A stretch of 56,834 nt of DNA from Candidatus Poseidoniaceae archaeon (lineage in GTDB: Archaea > Thermoplasmatota > Poseidoniia > Poseidoniales > Poseidoniaceae). The position numbers and the translations under genes are program-made. Positions 26,920 to 36,819 of the stretch are shown piece after piece; positions within the stretch are counted from its first letter, which is position 1, and each line of letters starts with the position of its first letter. The DNA lies in the NCBI GenBank assembly GCA_038125145.1, contig JAYPDK010000003.1, positions 1 through 56,834 on the forward strand. Reading direction: 5' to 3'. The notes under the pieces are model-generated. The model was not told the DNA's origin and made no database searches. It worked only from the letters and a program-made list of their open reading frames with translations.

Positions 26920-28692
26920 TCAGCCCCACGCCAGCCAACGGAGGTAGGTGCCGTAGACGGTGACCGAAACGCCGAGCGATTCGGCATTGAAGCGGCTCAT
27001 GTCGTCGGCGTAGGTGTGGTATTCGTAGGAACCGCTGCCGTAGCAGACCACCGCTTGCCCCTCCTTGCCTCCGGGAAGGTCGTACACGAAGGGGCCATGG
27101 TCGGAGTTGTAGGGCATCCCGTTTTCCGCGCCTTTCGGGCCGTCGAGCAAGGAGAAGCGGACCTCGTACCGTTCGGCGACGTCGCTGCGCTCGGCGCTGT
27201 AGACCTCCCAGATGCTCCTGATGTGGTCGTAGTCCTCCTCGTTGTTCGTGAACATGGAGAGGCTGTTGCCTCGGCTGAAGTCGATATCGACGTGGTTCAT
27301 GTCGAGGTTGATGTAGAGGCGGAGGTCGTCGGCCAGCGTCGCACCGTTGGCTTGCACGTACGCACGCGAGCCGAACAACCCTTCCTCTTCACCTCCCCAG
27401 GTGCAAAATCGGACCGTGCGTTCGGGTGTTCCTTGCGCTTCGGCGATCTTCGCGACCTGCCGCGCCATTTCGAGCACGCTGGCGGAGCCGGACGTGTCGT
27501 CCACCGCCCCCGGCCCGGAATACACGGTGTCGTGGTGGGCGCCCACAAGCACGACCTCGGGGGTGGTGCCCTGCAGGGTCCCGCACGGGACCTTGACGTC
27601 GAGTTGGCCGCCGTTCGTGACGTCGATGTTCATCTCAAGGCGTGCCCCTTCCGCGGCGAGGTCGCGCATGGATTGGCCGGTCAGGTTTGAGACGGCGATG
27701 AAGGCGATGTCGGGCATCGAGCCACCGTTGGCGTCCTTGATGGCGCTCGTGTCGACCGATTTGAAGATCGGGACGCAGTCGTCGGCTTCCACCTTGCCGC
27801 AGTTGTAGTTCGTGTTCACACGAACGAGCGCGGCGAGGTCGTTTTCGATGGCCTTCACAAAGAGGGCGGTGTTGCCGCTGATGGTCCCGCCGCTGTCGAC
27901 GATGCCCACGGCCCCCGACGCGTCGGACCAAAGGGCATCGTCGCCTCCGTCGCCGAGGTCCACCAACGGGATGTTGTCCTGGAAGGCGACGTTCACGGAG
28001 CCAGAGTAGCCCTGAATGACGTAATCGATGCGGTGTTCGAAATCGACGATCCGTCCCTGAGCGCCGAGGTCTCCGAAACCGCAGGGTTGGACCAAGGGAT
28101 TGGCACCCGGTGGGCACATGCGAAGGCTGGGCTCACTGTTGACGCTGAACATGTCCACAGGGTAACTGTGCATCTGCGTCTGGTAGCCCATGCTGGAGAA
28201 GTTCTCGAGGATGGATTCGGCCGCTGCATGCTCGTACGCGGAGCCGGACATGCGCCCTTTCCATTCTGGATGGCCGAGCGCGACCAGTCCGGCGGCATAG
28301 GCCTCGGCCTGGGTCGCGTCAAAGTCGATGAGTTCCCAGTCGGGCTCCTTTGCAAAGCCCAGCAGGCCCGGGGCGGCCAGGGCGACCGCCGTCATCATCA
28401 CCGCGAGGAGCACGGCAACGACGGCCCCGTAGGGCAAACCGAGCACGGATTCCCTCCGCATCATGGCCAGCGCTGCGTCCTTTCGGGTGAGCGGAGCGTG
28501 GTCGTCGTGCGAGGCCATCGCTGCTGCGACTTCCCCGCCGTCATCGACCTCGCTCGCTTCAACCGACGTTGACGCCGCTGCCTCCTCAAGACGCGCGATG
28601 AGTTCGTCCTTCCTGCCCGAGACAGGAAGCCCTGCTTCGCGCAGACGCTCCTTCAGTTCGGCGACGTTCAGGACGGACAGGTCCTCGGCCAT
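26920..28692 (-). CDS. Membrane-anchored M28-family aminopeptidase with PA-like insert and N-terminal SAP/HeH motif
   Basis: SAP-like LNVAELKERLREAGLPVSGRKDELIARLEEA, one TM, and M28 metal ligands (VGAHHDTV, VDDTSGSA, WGGEEEGLFGS). ATG 28692. Confidence 0.8.
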   Translation of the reverse strand: MAEDLSVLNVAELKERLREAGLPVSGRKDELIARLEEAAASTSVEASEVDDGGEVAAAMASHDDHAPLTRKDAALAMMRRESVLGLPYGAVVAVLLAVMMTAVALAAPGLLGFAKEPDWELIDFDATQAEAYAAGLVALGHPEWKGRMSGSAYEHAAAESILENFSSMGYQTQMHSYPVDMFSVNSEPSLRMCPPGANPLVQPCGFGDLGAQGRIVDFEHRIDYVIQGYSGSVNVAFQDNIPLVDLGDGGDDALWSDASGAVGIVDSGGTISGNTALFVKAIENDLAALVRVNTNYNCGKVEADDCVPIFKSVDTSAIKDANGGSMPDIAFIAVSNLTGQSMRDLAAEGARLEMNIDVTNGGQLDVKVPCGTLQGTTPEVVLVGAHHDTVYSGPGAVDDTSGSASVLEMARQVAKIAEAQGTPERTVRFCTWGGEEEGLFGSRAYVQANGATLADDLRLYINLDMNHVDIDFSRGNSLSMFTNNEEDYDHIRSIWEVYSAERSDVAERYEVRFSLLDGPKGAENGMPYNSDHGPFVYDLPGGKEGQAVVCYGSGSYEYHTYADDMSRFNAESLGVSVTVYGTYLRWLAWG

Positions 28693-28741
28693 GAGCAAGG
28701 CTCCACTCGCGTCTTCAAGAAGCGAACGGTATGCTGGGCCC

Positions 28742-29332
28742 TCAGAGTTCGTCACCGCTCCAGCGACGACCAAGGGTGTGGTCGACGTCCAAGCGGTCGA
28801 GGATGCGGGCCACGACAAAGTCAACCATGTCCTCAACGGAGGTCGGGTGGTTGTAGAAGCCCGGCATGGCCGGAAGCACGGTGACGCCCCAGCCTGAGAG
28901 TTTGGCCAGGTTTTCGAGGTGGACCGTCGCGAGCGGGGTTTCGCGTGGCACGATGATCAGGTGACGTCCTTCCTTCATGGCGACGATGCCAGAGCGCGTA
29001 ACGAGGTTGTCCGAAATCCCCGCAGCCAACTTGCCGATGGTCGTGCCGGAGCAGGGGCAGATGACGACGGCGTCAATCCTCGCCGAGCCAGACGCCGAGC
29101 GAGCGGCGACGTCATCGGCGTCGTCGAGGACCACGCCGTGGGCTTCGGCAAGGTCTTCGGGCGTCGTGCCGCATTCGTGGCGCAACGTCAGGCGGCCAGA
29201 GGGCGTGACGACGAGACGAACGCGGCGCCCTGCTTTGACGAGTTCCTCGAGGACGCGGATGCCGTAGACGGCACCGGAGGCCCCGCTGATGCAGAGGACG
29301 GTTTCCCCACCCATGTGCGAAGGCCGGTCCAT
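28742..29332 (-). CDS. ubiX: UbiX-family flavin prenyltransferase
   Basis: ISGASGAVYGIRVLEEL and PCSGTTIGKLAAGISDNLVTR motifs. ATG 29332 or 29314. Confidence 0.85.
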   Translation of the reverse strand: MDRPSHMGGETVLCISGASGAVYGIRVLEELVKAGRRVRLVVTPSGRLTLRHECGTTPEDLAEAHGVVLDDADDVAARSASGSARIDAVVICPCSGTTIGKLAAGISDNLVTRSGIVAMKEGRHLIIVPRETPLATVHLENLAKLSGWGVTVLPAMPGFYNHPTSVEDMVDFVVARILDRLDVDHTLGRRWSGDEL

Positions 29333-29339
29333 GCGCACT

Positions 29340-29993
29340 TCAACCCTTGTCCCCCGTCGCTGGCGCCGGACGAGGTCGTCGGCCCAGCGCCTCTTCGCAG
29401 GTGTCGAGCAAGGCTGCGACAAGGTCCTCCCGTCGGACCTGCCTGCCAAGGGCGGCGAGGCTGGTGGTGGTGTCGGGGGACAGGCCGCATCCGGCCAAGC
29501 CTTCGACGCGTCCGGCTGGCGTGTCGATGTTGACGGTGAGGCCGTGCCTGCTCACCCAGCGAAGGAAGGAGAGCCCGATGGACGCGATTTTTCGACCGTC
29601 CACCCAGACGCCCTGCATCCGTTCGTCGCGGTGCCCTTCGATGCCGAGGCGCGATAAGGCGAGGATGATCCAGGCTTCCAAGCGGTGAATCACGGCCCGG
29701 ACGTCCTGTTCTCCGGAGAGGTCCCAACGGACGATGGGGTAGGCCACGAGTTGCCCGGGTCCGTGCCAGGTCAGCCCCCCACCGCGGTCCGCCTCTGCCA
29801 CAGCATAGCCATCTGGAGGGCGTTGACCCTCGCTGCGTGCCTTGGGGCCAACGGTCACGACTTCCGGGTGTTCGACGAGGACGAGCAGGTCCTCCCGCTC
29901 GTCGGCGATGCGCTCCTGTTGCCACTCGCGCATCCGCGCATCGATGGTGCCCCACGGGGTGGGGTCGAGGCCGAGGACGTCGAGGTGGCGCAT
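29340..29993 (-). CDS. lipB: Octanoyltransferase (lipoyl(octanoyl) transferase)
   Basis: LVLVEHPEVVTVG and RGGGLTWHGPGQLVAYPI motifs. Confidence 0.85.
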   Translation of the reverse strand: MRHLDVLGLDPTPWGTIDARMREWQQERIADEREDLLVLVEHPEVVTVGPKARSEGQRPPDGYAVAEADRGGGLTWHGPGQLVAYPIVRWDLSGEQDVRAVIHRLEAWIILALSRLGIEGHRDERMQGVWVDGRKIASIGLSFLRWVSRHGLTVNIDTPAGRVEGLAGCGLSPDTTTSLAALGRQVRREDLVAALLDTCEEALGRRPRPAPATGDKG

Positions 29994-30002
29994 GCCGAAC
30001 CC

Positions 30003-30455
30003 TCAGAACCGACCTGATGAGCCGAATCCTCCCGCTCCACGGTCCGTGCTGCCGAGTTCTTCGGGCGTGCATTCCGTCACCGTCACCTGAGGGACGGGGG
30101 CCACGAGAAGTTGCGCGACGCGTTCGCCGGCTTCGACCACATAGTGGTCGCCTTCCCCAATCCATGTCATCATCACGGCGAGTTCCCCGCGGTAATCGGC
30201 GTCGATCGTACCAAGGCCGTTTGGCATGATCAGGCCCTTCCGTCCGAGCGAGGAGCGGCAGCGGATCTGCGCCTCCCACCCCTTTGGGAGGGCCATCGCC
30301 AGTCCGGTGCGGATGAGCGTGGCCTCGCCTCTGCCGACTTCGGTGCGTTCGAGGGCGTGAAGGTCCATGCCGGCGGAGGCGGTCGTGGCCCTGTGCGGGA
30401 GGGTCGCGCGCTCGTCGAGGCGAGCCAGTCGGAGTTCAACGGCGAGGTCGTGCAT
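30003..30455 (-). CDS. dut: dUTP diphosphatase
   Basis: AGMDL, GTIDADYRGE and C-terminal RGAGGFGSSG motifs. Start re-picked at ATG 30455 (MHDLAV). Confidence 0.85.
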   Translation of the reverse strand: MHDLAVELRLARLDERATLPHRATTASAGMDLHALERTEVGRGEATLIRTGLAMALPKGWEAQIRCRSSLGRKGLIMPNGLGTIDADYRGELAVMMTWIGEGDHYVVEAGERVAQLLVAPVPQVTVTECTPEELGSTDRGAGGFGSSGRF

Positions 30456-30477
30456 GGTCGAAAACAAACGGAGGGGG

Positions 30478-30485
30478 ACATTCAA
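30478..30485 (-). promoter_or_regulatory. TATA-like box (minus-strand TTGAATGT), 30 nt upstream of dut ATG
   Basis: Reverse complement of + strand ACATTCAA; shared spacing. Confidence 0.3.
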
Positions 30486-30712
30486 TGCTTCGCGTTTTCC
30501 AGTGGAAATGAGGGGGTTGACATCACTAATGGCAACAGTGTTAGTTTTCACCTTCACGATGGTCTCACGCACATCCTCATAAGCCTCGGACCGTGCAAAA
30601 CGAATCCCGCGTTCGGGCCCAACGCCATCCATCTGCACGCGTGCTTCGGCACAACCGCCGAGATGGTTATAGGCCCTCCACAGCGGGAGAGAAAAGCCGT
30701 TGCGCATTGGAA

Positions 30713-31759
30713 ATGGGGGGTCTCGTCGTGGTGATTGACAGCAGCAGCGCAGACGGCTTTGATCTGGACCTCTCCTCGGAGTTTACCGAGCCGATGCTGA
30801 AGGAGAACCTCGACCGTTTCGTGCTCTTCCCCATCCAGCATTCCGACATCTGGGAGATGTACAAGCAGGAGCAGGCTTCCTTCTGGACGGCGGAAGAAAT
30901 CGACCTCAGCCAGGACCAGAAGGACTGGGACGCCTTGAACGAGGGCGAACAGCATTTCCTGAAGCACGTGCTGGCCTTCTTCGCCGCCAGCGACGGCATC
31001 GTCAACGAAAACCTCGTGATGAACTTCTCGAACGAGGTTCAATGGCCGGAAGCCCGTGCCTTTTACGGCTTCCAGATCATGATGGAGAACATCCACGCTG
31101 AAACCTACTCGCTCCTCATCGACTCCTACATCAAGGACGAGGCGGAGAAAAGCCACCTGTTCAAGGCGCTCGAGACCGTTCCGTCGGTCAAGAAAAAGGG
31201 CGACTGGGCCCTGCGCTGGCTGTCGCGAAAGCGCGGTTCATTCGCGGAACGGCTCGTGGCCTTCGCGGCCGTGGAGGGCATTTTCTTCTCCGGCTCGTTC
31301 TGCGCCATTTTTTGGCTCAAGAAGCGTGGCCTGATGCCCGGTCTTACCTTCTCCAACGAACTCATTTCGCGGGACGAGGGCCTGCACTGCGACTTCGCGT
31401 GCATGCTCCACAGCAAGCTTCAGCGGCCGACCCCGGAGAACGTCATTCACCGTATCGTCTCCGAGGCCGTGACCATCGAAACCGAATTCGTGACCTCCGC
31501 GCTGCCCGTTCGCCTCATTGGGATGAACGCAGAGCACATGCAGCAGTACATCCAATTCGTGGCGGACCGGCTCCTCCAATCGCTTGGCGCCTCCAAGCTC
31601 TATGACGTGCAGAACCCCTTCCCGTGGATGGAGATGATCTCCATGCAAGGCAAGACGAACTTCTTCGAAAAGCGCGTCGCGGAGTACCAAAAGGCTGGGG
31701 TCATGGACAGCACGCTGGGTTCGGTCCAGCAGCGCTTTTCCATGGACGAAGACTTTTGA
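30713..31759 (+). CDS. nrdB: Ribonucleotide reductase class Ia small (R2/beta) subunit, eukaryote-like
   Basis: Long stretches match the eukaryotic R2 family as I remember it ([67 protein letters not shown]) plus a C-terminal F..DEDF tail. Confidence 0.9.
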   Translation: MGGLVVVIDSSSADGFDLDLSSEFTEPMLKENLDRFVLFPIQHSDIWEMYKQEQASFWTAEEIDLSQDQKDWDALNEGEQHFLKHVLAFFAASDGIVNENLVMNFSNEVQWPEARAFYGFQIMMENIHAETYSLLIDSYIKDEAEKSHLFKALETVPSVKKKGDWALRWLSRKRGSFAERLVAFAAVEGIFFSGSFCAIFWLKKRGLMPGLTFSNELISRDEGLHCDFACMLHSKLQRPTPENVIHRIVSEAVTIETEFVTSALPVRLIGMNAEHMQQYIQFVADRLLQSLGASKLYDVQNPFPWMEMISMQGKTNFFEKRVAEYQKAGVMDSTLGSVQQRFSMDEDF

Positions 31760-31812
31760 GCCTCCTTCAGTGATTCAGAATTCCCGCTCGCGACAACATC
31801 GGAGGCATCATC

Positions 31813-34206
31813 ATGGCAATGCAGGTCATCAACAGGAACGGAGAGCGAGAAGACGTCCGCTTCGACGCCATCAAGGAAAAGCTGGAGGGGCTCGCGCATG
31901 GCCTCAACATGGATTGGGTGGACGTTGACCTCGTCACGAAGACCACCATCGAAGGCCTCTACGACGGCGTCCGCACGAGCGACCTCGATCAGCTCGCTGC
32001 CGAGACCGCTGCTGCGCTGGCGTCCCACCACCCGGACTACAGCCGCCTGGCGGCCCGGATTTGCATTGACGATCTTCACCGGTCCACGAAGACGTCCTTT
32101 TCGGAGGTCATCGAGGACCTCCGTTCCTACGTCGATCCAGAGTCAGGCATGCACGCGCCGCTCATCTCTGAGAAGGTCTACGAGATCATCATGGCGAACA
32201 GCGAACGTCTGGACGCCCACATCGATTACGAGCGGGACCACACCTACGACTACTTTGGATTCAAGACGCTTGAGCGCTCCTACCTCCTCCGCCTCGACGG
32301 CGTCGTTGCCGAGCGCCCTCAGCACATGCTGATGCGCGTGGCCGTTGGCATCCACCACGAGGACATCGACAAGGCGCTGCGGACCTACGACCTGATGTCG
32401 CAGGGGTACTTCACCCACGCCACCCCCACCTTGTTCAACTCGGGAACGCCCATGCCGCAGATGTCGTCGTGCTTCCTGCTTACGATGCAGGACGACTCGC
32501 TGGACGGCATCTACGACACCCTGAAGCAGTGCGCGATGATCTCCAAGTCCGCTGGCGGAATCGGCCTTTCCATCCACCACGTGCGCGCGAAGGGTTCCTA
32601 CATCAAGGGGACCAACGGTTCTTCAAACGGCATCGTCCCGATGCTGCGCGTGTTCAACGACACGGCACGGTACGTCGACCAAGGCGGCGGCAAGCGCAAG
32701 GGCTCGATCGCGGTCTACCTTGAGCCGTGGCACCCGGACCTGCTCGATTTCCTCGACCTTCGCAAGAACCACGGAAAGGAGGAGATGCGTGCCCGTGACC
32801 TGTTCTACGCCCTGTGGACGCCCGACCTCTTCATGGAGCGTGTCGAAGCGAACGGCGAGTGGTCCTTCTTTTGCCCGAACGAATGCCCTGGCCTTCAGGA
32901 CGTCTATGGCGAGGAGTTCGAAGCCCTCTACGCGTCCTACGAGGCGAAGGGACTGGCGCGCAAAACGATGCCCGCACGTGCGGTCTGGGACAAGATCGTC
33001 GAAGCCCAAATCGAAACCGGGACCCCGTACATGCTCTACAAGGACGCGGCCAACACCAAGTCCAACCAGAAGAACCTCGGGACCATCCGCTCGTCCAACC
33101 TGTGCACGGAAATCATGGAATTCACGTCGCAGGACGAGGTCGCGGTGTGCAACCTTGCGTCCATCGCCTTGCCACGTTTCGTCGACGAGGAGCGGGGTGC
33201 CTTCGACCACAACCTGCTGTACGACGTGACCTACCACGCGACAGGCAACCTCAACCGTGTCATCGACGTCAACTACTACCCCGTGGAAGAGGCTCGAAAC
33301 TCGAACATGCGGCACCGGCCGATTGGTCTGGGTGTGCAAGGCCTCGCCGACACCTTTGCGATGCTTGATCTGACCTTCGAGAGCGATGCTGCGCGGGCGT
33401 TGAACAAGGAGATTTTCGAGACGATCTACTACGCGGCGTGCTGCGCGTCGATGGACGCTGCCAAGCGTGAGGGCCCCTATTCCTCCTTCGTCGGCTCGCC
33501 GGCGAGCAAGGGCGACCTCCAGTTCGACCTCTGGGGCATGAACGAGCACAGCGGTCGCTGGGATTGGGAGCAACTCAAGGCCGACATCGTGCAGCACGGC
33601 ATGCGCAACTCGCTGATGGTCGCCCCGATGCCGACCGCCTCCACCAGCCAAATCCTCGGCAACAACGAGTGCTTCGAGCCCTTCACCTCGAACCTCTACG
33701 TGCGCCGCACCTTGTCAGGGGAATTCGTTGTGCTCAACAAGCACCTCGTGCGTGACCTCATCGCGCTCAACATGTGGAGCATCGAGATGAAGGACGAGAT
33801 CCTGCGTCACAAGGGCTCGGTCCAGAACATCATGTCCATTCCTGAGCACCTCCGTGAGAAGTACAAGACCACCTGGGAGATCAAGCAAAAGCGCGTGCTC
33901 GAACTCGCCGCGGACCGCGGTGCGTACATCGACCAAAGCCAGTCGCTCAACATCCACATGGTCGATGCCAACCCAGCGAAAGTGACGTCAATGCACTTTG
34001 CAGGATGGCGCCTCGGCCTCAAGACGGGGATGTACTACCTGCGCACCAAGGCTGCGGCGGACGCCATCCAGTTCACCGTGGAGCAGAAGTCGGCCGAGGA
34101 CCAAACGGTCGGCGGCTTGCAGGAGCGTGCCGAGGAAGCCGACAGCATGGACGCCATCGCGTGCAGCCTCGACAGTCCCGACGACTGCCTGATGTGCGGC
34201 AGCTGA
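31813..34206 (+). CDS. nrdA: Ribonucleotide reductase class Ia large (R1/alpha) subunit with ATP-cone
   Basis: N-terminal ATP-cone ([16 protein letters not shown]), catalytic SNLCTEI, and C-terminal CLMCGS redox-shuttle tail. GGAGG lies 8 nt before the ATG. Confidence 0.95.
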   Translation: MAMQVINRNGEREDVRFDAIKEKLEGLAHGLNMDWVDVDLVTKTTIEGLYDGVRTSDLDQLAAETAAALASHHPDYSRLAARICIDDLHRSTKTSFSEVIEDLRSYVDPESGMHAPLISEKVYEIIMANSERLDAHIDYERDHTYDYFGFKTLERSYLLRLDGVVAERPQHMLMRVAVGIHHEDIDKALRTYDLMSQGYFTHATPTLFNSGTPMPQMSSCFLLTMQDDSLDGIYDTLKQCAMISKSAGGIGLSIHHVRAKGSYIKGTNGSSNGIVPMLRVFNDTARYVDQGGGKRKGSIAVYLEPWHPDLLDFLDLRKNHGKEEMRARDLFYALWTPDLFMERVEANGEWSFFCPNECPGLQDVYGEEFEALYASYEAKGLARKTMPARAVWDKIVEAQIETGTPYMLYKDAANTKSNQKNLGTIRSSNLCTEIMEFTSQDEVAVCNLASIALPRFVDEERGAFDHNLLYDVTYHATGNLNRVIDVNYYPVEEARNSNMRHRPIGLGVQGLADTFAMLDLTFESDAARALNKEIFETIYYAACCASMDAAKREGPYSSFVGSPASKGDLQFDLWGMNEHSGRWDWEQLKADIVQHGMRNSLMVAPMPTASTSQILGNNECFEPFTSNLYVRRTLSGEFVVLNKHLVRDLIALNMWSIEMKDEILRHKGSVQNIMSIPEHLREKYKTTWEIKQKRVLELAADRGAYIDQSQSLNIHMVDANPAKVTSMHFAGWRLGLKTGMYYLRTKAAADAIQFTVEQKSAEDQTVGGLQERAEEADSMDAIACSLDSPDDCLMCGS

Positions 34207-34248
34207 TGCGCTCCAGGCCCACGGTTCCGCCCGTGGCGTGAACAACGC

Positions 34249-34257
34249 TTCATGAAC
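34249..34257 (+). promoter_or_regulatory. TATA-like box TTCATGAAC, 29 nt upstream of ATG 34278
   Basis: Read directly; shared box and spacing. Confidence 0.3.
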
Positions 34258-34277
34258 ACCCGTACCCACATGCGGGC

Positions 34278-35072
34278 ATGCAAGCAGCGTTGCTCGGCCG
34301 TCCTGCGGCGTTGGTGCTCGTTGTCACCCTCCTTGCCGGCGCTGCTCTCGGAGCGGGCCTCACGTCGTTGGTGAGCGAAGGGCTGTCGCCACCATCGCCG
34401 CTGAAGATCCTCGTGTCCGACGACGTGGGTGTGAACTCGTACGTCATGGTCGAGGTCGACGACGGAGACAACGACGAGCGACAGGAGGTCTCGTGGACCA
34501 TGCACACCTTCACCTTCAGCACCGAAGGTGAGGTGTCCGGCCTGCTGACGTGGGACTTCGGCGATGGCGCAACCGCCGTCGGAGGGGTGGTTCAACATGC
34601 GTTTGAAGCGGCCGGTCGACACACGGTCACCGTCGTCGACGCTGAGGACCCCGGTCGTGTGGTTTCGGTCGAGGTTCGGGTTGAACTGCAGGGCGACGTC
34701 GTGTCCGACAACATGGAGTGCACGTGCGCTCCAACGGCAAAATCAACGCTGGTCGACCTTCAGGCGACGCCCGAGGCAGCGTTCATCGACGTGGAAGTTC
34801 GTGTCGAACATGAAGGCAGCAGCGAATCGTGCAGCCTCCGCAACCCGTTGCAGGAGTGCCACGTGCGGGTGCTTGTGGAGCGCGTGAAGGAAGGTGATGT
34901 CGTGGCCCGGGACGAGGTGTTTGACGCGACGTTCCGCGAGAACGAACTGCTGATCCCGTTCACCATCGAGGATATCGACCTTGAAGAGGGTGAATCGCTG
35001 CGTCTCAGGCTGGAAACCGACCAACTGCGCGACTGGCACAAGCCGACCACCACGTGGATAACGTCGGTGTGA
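34278..35072 (+). CDS. Secreted/anchored protein with a PKD-like domain
   Basis: N-terminal hydrophobic signal/anchor; WDFGDGATAVGGVVQHAFEAAGRHTVTVVV is a classic PKD-domain core. Confidence 0.65.
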   Translation: MQAALLGRPAALVLVVTLLAGAALGAGLTSLVSEGLSPPSPLKILVSDDVGVNSYVMVEVDDGDNDERQEVSWTMHTFTFSTEGEVSGLLTWDFGDGATAVGGVVQHAFEAAGRHTVTVVDAEDPGRVVSVEVRVELQGDVVSDNMECTCAPTAKSTLVDLQATPEAAFIDVEVRVEHEGSSESCSLRNPLQECHVRVLVERVKEGDVVARDEVFDATFRENELLIPFTIEDIDLEEGESLRLRLETDQLRDWHKPTTTWITSV

Positions 35073-35318
35073 TCAGGTCGGAAGCCCTTCAAACCGACCT
35101 GCCACCAAGGACAGCAGCCACCATCCCGCAGGGAGGAGGAGGCTTGCCACAAGGCCAGTGATGGCAAGTGAGAGGATCACGGTGCTGTCGCTCACCTGCC
35201 TTGCCCAGGCATAGACCGGGACGAGCACCATCCACAACCACAGGCGCGCCGCCCTGCTCGGCGTGCGTGTGCCTTCAACGTCAACCAAAGGAGCGAACAG
35301 CCATCGAGCCGCGGTCAC
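35073..35318 (-). CDS. Small hypothetical membrane protein (81 aa)
   Basis: Two hydrophobic helices. GTG start. A CTCATACAA box (minus strand) lies at 35351-35359 upstream. Weak evidence. Confidence 0.35.
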   Translation of the reverse strand: MTAARWLFAPLVDVEGTRTPSRAARLWLWMVLVPVYAWARQVSDSTVILSLAITGLVASLLLPAGWWLLSLVAGRFEGLPT

Positions 35319-35378
35319 GGTGCGAAAAGGGTCGGCCGCTTTTCGTAGGGTTGTATGAGCGCAGGAAGCGGCCGTTGC

Positions 35379-36809
35379 TCAGTTCGTGATGTGGATGGCG
35401 TGCCCAAGCGAGGCGAGGACCGCCTCGTGGGTCATCTCCGTCATGGTGGGGTGCGCATGGATGGTGCCGGCGATGTCCTCGAGGACCGCGCCCATTTCGA
35501 GGGCGAGGGTCCATTCGCCGACGAGTTCCGCAACGTGGGTCCCGACGGCCTGAACCCCCAGGACGCGGTGGTCGTCCTCACGGGCCACGATACGGACGAA
35601 GCCCGCGGTCTTCTCGGCTTCCATGGTGAGGGAGCGGCCGTTCGCAGCCAGTGGGAACTTTCCGGTGATGACGGGATGGCCGGCTGCTTCTGCCTCGGTC
35701 GGTGAGAGGCCAACGCTGACCACTTCGGGGTCGGTGAAGACGATGGCGGGGACGCCCACGGGCGCATAGGCGCGGTCTTTGCCGGCGATGATCTCCGCCA
35801 CCATCTCGCCCTGGAAGGAGGCGGTGTGGGCGAGCATCTCGCCAAGGTTCGCAACGTCCCCGATGGCGAAGACGCCACGCATGTTGGTGCGGCATTGGTC
35901 GTCCACCTTGGCGAAGCCGCGCTCGTCGAGCGCGACACCGGTGGGTTCGAGCGCGGCGCTGTTGGGCTTGCGGCCCACCGTCACGAGGACCTTGTCCGCA
36001 GCGAGGCGCTCCGGGCTGGCCCCCTCCTCGGCGTCCTTCGGGCTATAGAGCAAGGTGACGCCGTCGGCGTCTTCTTCGACGCCCTTGGCGAAGACGCCGG
36101 TGATGACCTTGATTTTCATTTTCTTCAGGGCGAGTTCGAGGGGCCTGCGCAGTTCCGCATCGAAGATGGGCAGCACGGTGTCCATCGCTTCCACGACCGT
36201 GACCTCACTCCCAAGCATGCGGTAGGTGATGCCGAGTTCAAGCCCAATGTAGCCGCCTCCCACAACGACGAGGTGCTTCGGAATCTCCTGCAGGTCAAGG
36301 GCTCCACGGGACGAGATGACGTGCTCGCTGAAGGGCATGAACGGGAGTTCGATGGGGACGCTCCCCGTGGCGAGGATGACATGTTCGGCGTTGATGGTGA
36401 CCGCTTCGTCCCCGTCGCCGACGCGAACGGTCTTGGCGTCCATGAATTCGGCCCAGCCGTGCACCAGTTCGACGCCAGCCTTCCCGAGGAGCGTCTCAAC
36501 CCCCTTGTTCAAGCGGTCCACGATGCCGTCCTTCCACGCCACAACCCCGCCCATGTCGACGGTGGCTGGGGCGCTCAGCGAGATGCCTTGATGGCCGCCG
36601 TCTTCGGCGTACTTGGCCAACTTCTGGACGGTTTGCGCAACGTGGATCATCGCCTTCGATGGGATGCAGCCGCGGATCAGGCAGGTCCCACCCGCGCGTT
36701 CCCCTTCGACGATGACCGTGTCGAGTCCGAGTTGACCCGCTCGGATGGCGGCGACATAGCCGCCTGGCCCGGCACCAACGACAAGGACGTCACAGGAACG
36801 CTGCTTCAT
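35379..36809 (-). CDS. lpdA: Dihydrolipoyl dehydrogenase (E3)
   Basis: VVGAGPGGY FAD motif and redox-active GGTCLIRGCIPSK. ATG 36809 is preferred over the GTG at 36818. Confidence 0.9.
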   Translation of the reverse strand: MKQRSCDVLVVGAGPGGYVAAIRAGQLGLDTVIVEGERAGGTCLIRGCIPSKAMIHVAQTVQKLAKYAEDGGHQGISLSAPATVDMGGVVAWKDGIVDRLNKGVETLLGKAGVELVHGWAEFMDAKTVRVGDGDEAVTINAEHVILATGSVPIELPFMPFSEHVISSRGALDLQEIPKHLVVVGGGYIGLELGITYRMLGSEVTVVEAMDTVLPIFDAELRRPLELALKKMKIKVITGVFAKGVEEDADGVTLLYSPKDAEEGASPERLAADKVLVTVGRKPNSAALEPTGVALDERGFAKVDDQCRTNMRGVFAIGDVANLGEMLAHTASFQGEMVAEIIAGKDRAYAPVGVPAIVFTDPEVVSVGLSPTEAEAAGHPVITGKFPLAANGRSLTMEAEKTAGFVRIVAREDDHRVLGVQAVGTHVAELVGEWTLALEMGAVLEDIAGTIHAHPTMTEMTHEAVLASLGHAIHITN

Positions 36810-36819
36810 ACCGGGCACC

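Noticed and set aside
29188-30279. 363-aa Arg/Pro-rich minus-strand ORF overlapping ubiX, lipB and dut in another frame.
   Set aside because: It is extremely R/P/G-rich, and it overlaps three genes with clear family motifs on the same strand in other frames.
30604-30712. Cobalamin (B12) riboswitch upstream of nrdB, as known for some bacterial class Ia RNR operons.
   Set aside because: The candidate leader is only about 100 nt. I could not find the conserved B12-box / GCCACUG core; only a loose CCACAG is present. It is kept only as an unspecified structured leader.
31813-34206. Inteins or introns in RNR, carB, aRF1 and the aaRS genes, which are common insertion sites in archaea.
   Set aside because: All have ordinary lengths and contiguous family motifs, with no Cys/Ser...HN splice-junction blocks or homing-endonuclease-like inserts. 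The tRNA-Leu folds without an intron.
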